This document shows positions 7,423-10,497 of a stretch of 10,497 nucleotides of DNA, one piece after another (position 1 is the first letter of the stretch; each line of letters starts with the position of its first letter). Location of the stretch: positions 1-10,497 of the forward strand of contig JBGTGT010000043.1 of assembly GCA_041746575.1 (NCBI GenBank), read 5' to 3'. The position numbers and the translations under genes are program-made. Source of the DNA: Microcystaceae cyanobacterium. GTDB taxonomy: Bacteria; Cyanobacteriota; Cyanobacteriia; Cyanobacteriales; Microcystaceae. The notes below the pieces were generated by a model. That model made no database searches. It was not told the origin of the DNA and saw only the letters and a program-made list of their open reading frames with translations.

Positions 7423-10356
7423 ATGTTTCCAGAAAAAGAACAAGAAATTCGGCGACAATTTTTAGATGAAGCATCAGAATATGTTGATATTCTCGAATCT
7501 AGCTTATTAGGAATCACCGCTCAATCTCTTAGCAACACCCAACTTGATGCTATTAGACGGGCAGCCCATTCGTTAAAGGGGGGCGCAGCCTTAATGAGTT
7601 ATACGACCCTCAGTCATTTAGCTCATAAACTTGAAGATGGCTTTAATTCTCTGCAAAATGGCTGGATTTGCCTTGATGAATTTACAGAAAGCTTATTTTT
7701 GAAAAGTATTGATAATTTACGTCATTGTCTTAGCCAACATCGTCAAGGCATTGAACAAATTGATGAAAATTGGCTGAATAATGAGGTCATCCCTTTATTT
7801 GAGCAATTAGAGGAATTAATGTCTTCTTGTGCTTCCTCTGAGTCGTCTGAAGATGGGAATATCTCAGAAGAAATGGATATGCGAGTTTTTATGTTTGAAA
7901 CGGAGGTCGAAGGATGTTTACAAAACTTAGAAAAGGTAATTTCTAGTAATGAGAAAGTTTGTTTAAAAGAGGAATTCCAAATCGCTGCCCAAGCATTAGG
8001 CGGATTAGGGGAAATGTTAGAATTACCCGCGTTTAATCATCTTTGTGGTGAAATTGAACAAGCAGTGATGGTAGCCAGCGAAGAGACGCTTTTAGGCGTG
8101 GTACAACGGGCTTTAGACGCGTGGCGGCGATCGCAAGCTATCATTATGATTAAGCAATTTGATGCCTTACCAGACCATTTTAGCGCAGAAATCCCTTCAG
8201 AAGCCACTTACGAGACCTTAGGGATCTTAAACTGTGAAACTGAAGAAATTTCCGAAACGGATAGTTTAGATTTTTTGGCCGCATTAGATGCGTTTAATGG
8301 GGACGAAGAAGTTTCAGATAAGACTGTACCTCCATGGCAAACCGATTTAGCGGCGTTTAATTTGGCAGAAGAAGCCTTTAGCACAGAGGAAATTAAAGAA
8401 AATATTCCAAAAATTGACGCCAGAGAACAAGCTGAACCCGTTTTAGTGACGTCGGCGGTCAATTCATCATCTGTTTCTGGGCAAAATATGACCCCATCTC
8501 CCCCCCTTGACTCTCCCTCAGACCATAATGTTCGGGTGTCTGTGGATAAATTAGAGCAGATGAGAGAGTTTTTTGAAGAATTAACGATAGAAAAAAACGG
8601 ATTAAACCTACAACTGCAACAATTACACGGATTAACTCAATTATTACGTCAAAGAGTGAATCATTTAGAGGGGTCTAATCGTTCCTTACGCAACCTTTAT
8701 GATCAATCTAATTTTACGCCTCAATCTTTAAACCTTAAAGGTGAGTGGGATGTCCTCGAAATGGATAGTTACAGCGAGATTCATCCTGTTTTCCAAGATT
8801 TGATGGAAACGATTGTGCAAATTCAAGAAGTCACAGGAGATATTGAATTTAATCTTGATCAAACCCAACATTCCGCTAAAGATCTTTCTCGAACGTCGGG
8901 ACTCTTACAAAATAACTTAACTCAGGTGAGAATGCGTCCCTTTAGCGATTTAGTAGGGCGATTTCCGAGAGCAATTCGGGAAATGAGTCTTAAATACGGA
9001 AAATTGGTTAATTTACATATTAAAGGTGAGTCCATCCCCATTGATCGAATGATTTTAGACGCACTCAATGAACCTCTGATTCATCTTTTACGTAACGCCT
9101 TTGATCACGGAATTGAAAATCCCGACGTTCGGATCGCTAACGGAAAACCCCCTCAAGGAAATATTACCCTTGAAGCGATGCAACAGGGAAACCGAATTGT
9201 GATTACGATTAAAGACGACGGACAGGGCATTAATTTAGAGAAAATTGCCGAAAAAGCTCAAAAAAAAGACGATTATAAGTTAAATAAGCATCAACTTCTT
9301 GATTTAATTTTTGAAGCCGGTTTTACAACGGCCTCCGAAGTGACTGACTTATCAGGTCGCGGGGTGGGAATGGATATTGTACGGACGCAATTACAGCGTA
9401 TTCGGGGACAAATTCAAGTATCGACCGAAAAAGAAGAAGGCACAACCTTCATAATTACTGTTCCTTTTACGTTATCGCTCATTCGAGTCTTATTAGTCGA
9501 AAGTGGGGGAATGTTAATGGCTATCCCTAGTAATACCGTCGAGGAAATGTTAGTCATCTCACCAGAGATGAAAATTGAAAGTTTGGGACAAGATTGGCTC
9601 AAATGGGATGAGGAAATGATTCCCTTGTTAAATCTCTCCTCATGGCTAAATTTTAATCGTTTAAGCCCCCGATATAACTCCAGCGATCCCCCCGTTATTA
9701 ATCAACCGATTGTTTTGATGATTTCCCAAGGATCTCGCCTCTTTGGGCTAGAAATGGATAAATATTGGGGTGAACAAGAAGTGACGATGCGTACCTTAGA
9801 TAGTGTCTTTCCTTTACCGACTGGCTTAACGGGATGTACCATTCTAGGGGATGGACGAGTGGTTCCCTTAGCGGATGCGATGACCTTGATTAACTGGATT
9901 GAACAAAACCGTCATGGTAGCGTTGCTTCCCATCTGATTTCCTCCTCAGAGATGGAAAATTTCTCCATTCCTAATTATAAGCCGCAGAAAACCACGATTT
10001 TAGTCGTAGATGATTCTATTAATGTACGTCGCTTTGTGGCATTAACTTTAGAAAAAGCAGGTTATCGAGTGCAACAAGCAAAAGATGGACAAGAAGCCTT
10101 AGAAAAACTCGAAAATTATTCCATCCAATCCGTGATTTGTGATATTGAAATGCCTCGCTTAGATGGGTTTGGCTTTTTAGCTCATGTTCGTGCCAATCCC
10201 CAATATAAAACTTTACCCATTATTATGTTAACCTCTCGCAGTGGTGAAAAACATCGCAAAATTGCCATGAATTTAGGTGCAACCGACTACTTTGCCAAAC
10301 CTTTCCAAGAACAAACCCTCTTAAAAACCCTTAAATTAGTTATCAATAAGCAGTAA
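7423..10356 (+). CDS. cheA: Hybrid CheA histidine kinase/response regulator (Hpt - pseudo-Hpt - dimerisation - HATPase - CheW - REC), PixL-like
   Basis: 977 aa. Hpt RAAHSLKGGA; N-box HLLRNAFDHG; G1 DDGQGI; F-box IFEAGFTT; G2 SGRGVGMDIV; P5 GCTILGDGRVV; REC VVDDS/ICDIEMP/LTSR/FAKPF. Confidence 0.96.
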   Translation: MFPEKEQEIRRQFLDEASEYVDILESSLLGITAQSLSNTQLDAIRRAAHSLKGGAALMSYTTLSHLAHKLEDGFNSLQNGWICLDEFTESLFLKSIDNLRHCLSQHRQGIEQIDENWLNNEVIPLFEQLEELMSSCASSESSEDGNISEEMDMRVFMFETEVEGCLQNLEKVISSNEKVCLKEEFQIAAQALGGLGEMLELPAFNHLCGEIEQAVMVASEETLLGVVQRALDAWRRSQAIIMIKQFDALPDHFSAEIPSEATYETLGILNCETEEISETDSLDFLAALDAFNGDEEVSDKTVPPWQTDLAAFNLAEEAFSTEEIKENIPKIDAREQAEPVLVTSAVNSSSVSGQNMTPSPPLDSPSDHNVRVSVDKLEQMREFFEELTIEKNGLNLQLQQLHGLTQLLRQRVNHLEGSNRSLRNLYDQSNFTPQSLNLKGEWDVLEMDSYSEIHPVFQDLMETIVQIQEVTGDIEFNLDQTQHSAKDLSRTSGLLQNNLTQVRMRPFSDLVGRFPRAIREMSLKYGKLVNLHIKGESIPIDRMILDALNEPLIHLLRNAFDHGIENPDVRIANGKPPQGNITLEAMQQGNRIVITIKDDGQGINLEKIAEKAQKKDDYKLNKHQLLDLIFEAGFTTASEVTDLSGRGVGMDIVRTQLQRIRGQIQVSTEKEEGTTFIITVPFTLSLIRVLLVESGGMLMAIPSNTVEEMLVISPEMKIESLGQDWLKWDEEMIPLLNLSSWLNFNRLSPRYNSSDPPVINQPIVLMISQGSRLFGLEMDKYWGEQEVTMRTLDSVFPLPTGLTGCTILGDGRVVPLADAMTLINWIEQNRHGSVASHLISSSEMENFSIPNYKPQKTTILVVDDSINVRRFVALTLEKAGYRVQQAKDGQEALEKLENYSIQSVICDIEMPRLDGFGFLAHVRANPQYKTLPIIMLTSRSGEKHRKIAMNLGATDYFAKPFQEQTLLKTLKLVINKQ
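8127..8134. repeat. HIP1 palindrome GCGATCGC
   Basis: Exact octamer. Confidence 0.85.
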
Positions 10357-10357
10357 T

Positions 10358-10497
10358 TAAGTAGCTAGGCAGAATTAAATAGAAAACGTTCTGTAGTATG
10401 TTGCGATCGTTGTGCGCGAGTTTCTACACTCTCGATTACAGTGATCGCCAAATCATATTCGTCTTCAAAAATCCGACCAGCCAGTTCATGTGTTTTT
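10358..10497 (-). mobile_element. 3' end of a second IS630-family insertion sequence (continues beyond the window)
   Basis: On the minus strand it ends ...ATTTAATTCTGCCTAGCTACTTA, with the transposase stop inside the terminal repeat and a terminal TA. It resembles the left element's terminus. Confidence 0.85.
10365..10496 (-). CDS. IS630-family transposase, C-terminal 43 aa (partial; not in the ORF track)
   Basis: KTHELAGRIFEDEYDLAITVIESVETRAQRSQHTTERFLFNSA* aligns ungapped with the left transposase KTHKISGRMFEDESDLAKAV...QYLF (19 of the first 40 residues identical). Confidence 0.88.
   Translation of the reverse strand, partial: KTHELAGRIFEDEYDLAITVIESVETRAQRSQHTTERFLFNSA

Noticed and set aside
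9250..9295. A-run and apparently short loop in the CheA HATPase domain (AQKKDDYKLNKHQ) as a lesion
   Set aside because: The frame is intact, the N, G1, F and G2 boxes are all present, and this loop varies in length among CheA proteins.
8208..9602. Minus-strand ORFs 8208..8462 and 9414..9602
   Set aside because: Antisense shadows of cheA with no recognisable motifs.
1649..10356. Absence of cheR/cheB as a novelty
   Set aside because: Normal for cyanobacterial pilus-class chemosensory clusters.
1..10497. CRISPR array, tRNA/rRNA or structured ncRNA
   Set aside because: No regularly spaced repeats or recognisable RNA gene were seen; intergenic gaps are short and explained by the features above.

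Overview
AT-rich cyanobacterial DNA, supported by three perfect HIP1 GCGATCGC sites, a PatA-type regulator and a cyanobacteriochrome-like GAF domain. The core (1649-10356, all + strand) is a type-IV-pilus-class (Pix/Tax/Ptx-like) chemosensory cluster: PatA-family response regulator, cheY, cheW, a methyl-accepting receptor (2 TM + periplasmic Cache-like + HAMP + CBCR-type GAF + MA), a [2Fe-2S] ferredoxin, and a hybrid cheA. Three points stand out. (i) A ferredoxin whose acidic docking patch is charge-reversed sits between the receptor and cheA. (ii) The receptor GAF lacks the canonical bilin Cys but keeps a DXCI Cys (DXCIP-like). (iii) The receptor gene is split by a 4-bp tandem duplication (AATC AATC, 4998-5005). 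Two diverged, convergently oriented IS630-family elements bracket the cluster. The left one is decayed and sits on a TA inside a decayed LuxR-type regulator gene; the right one starts 1 bp after the cheA stop. J-box-like (SigJ/SigF-type) motifs precede the PatA gene and cheY. All calls come from reading motifs by eye; no searches were run.
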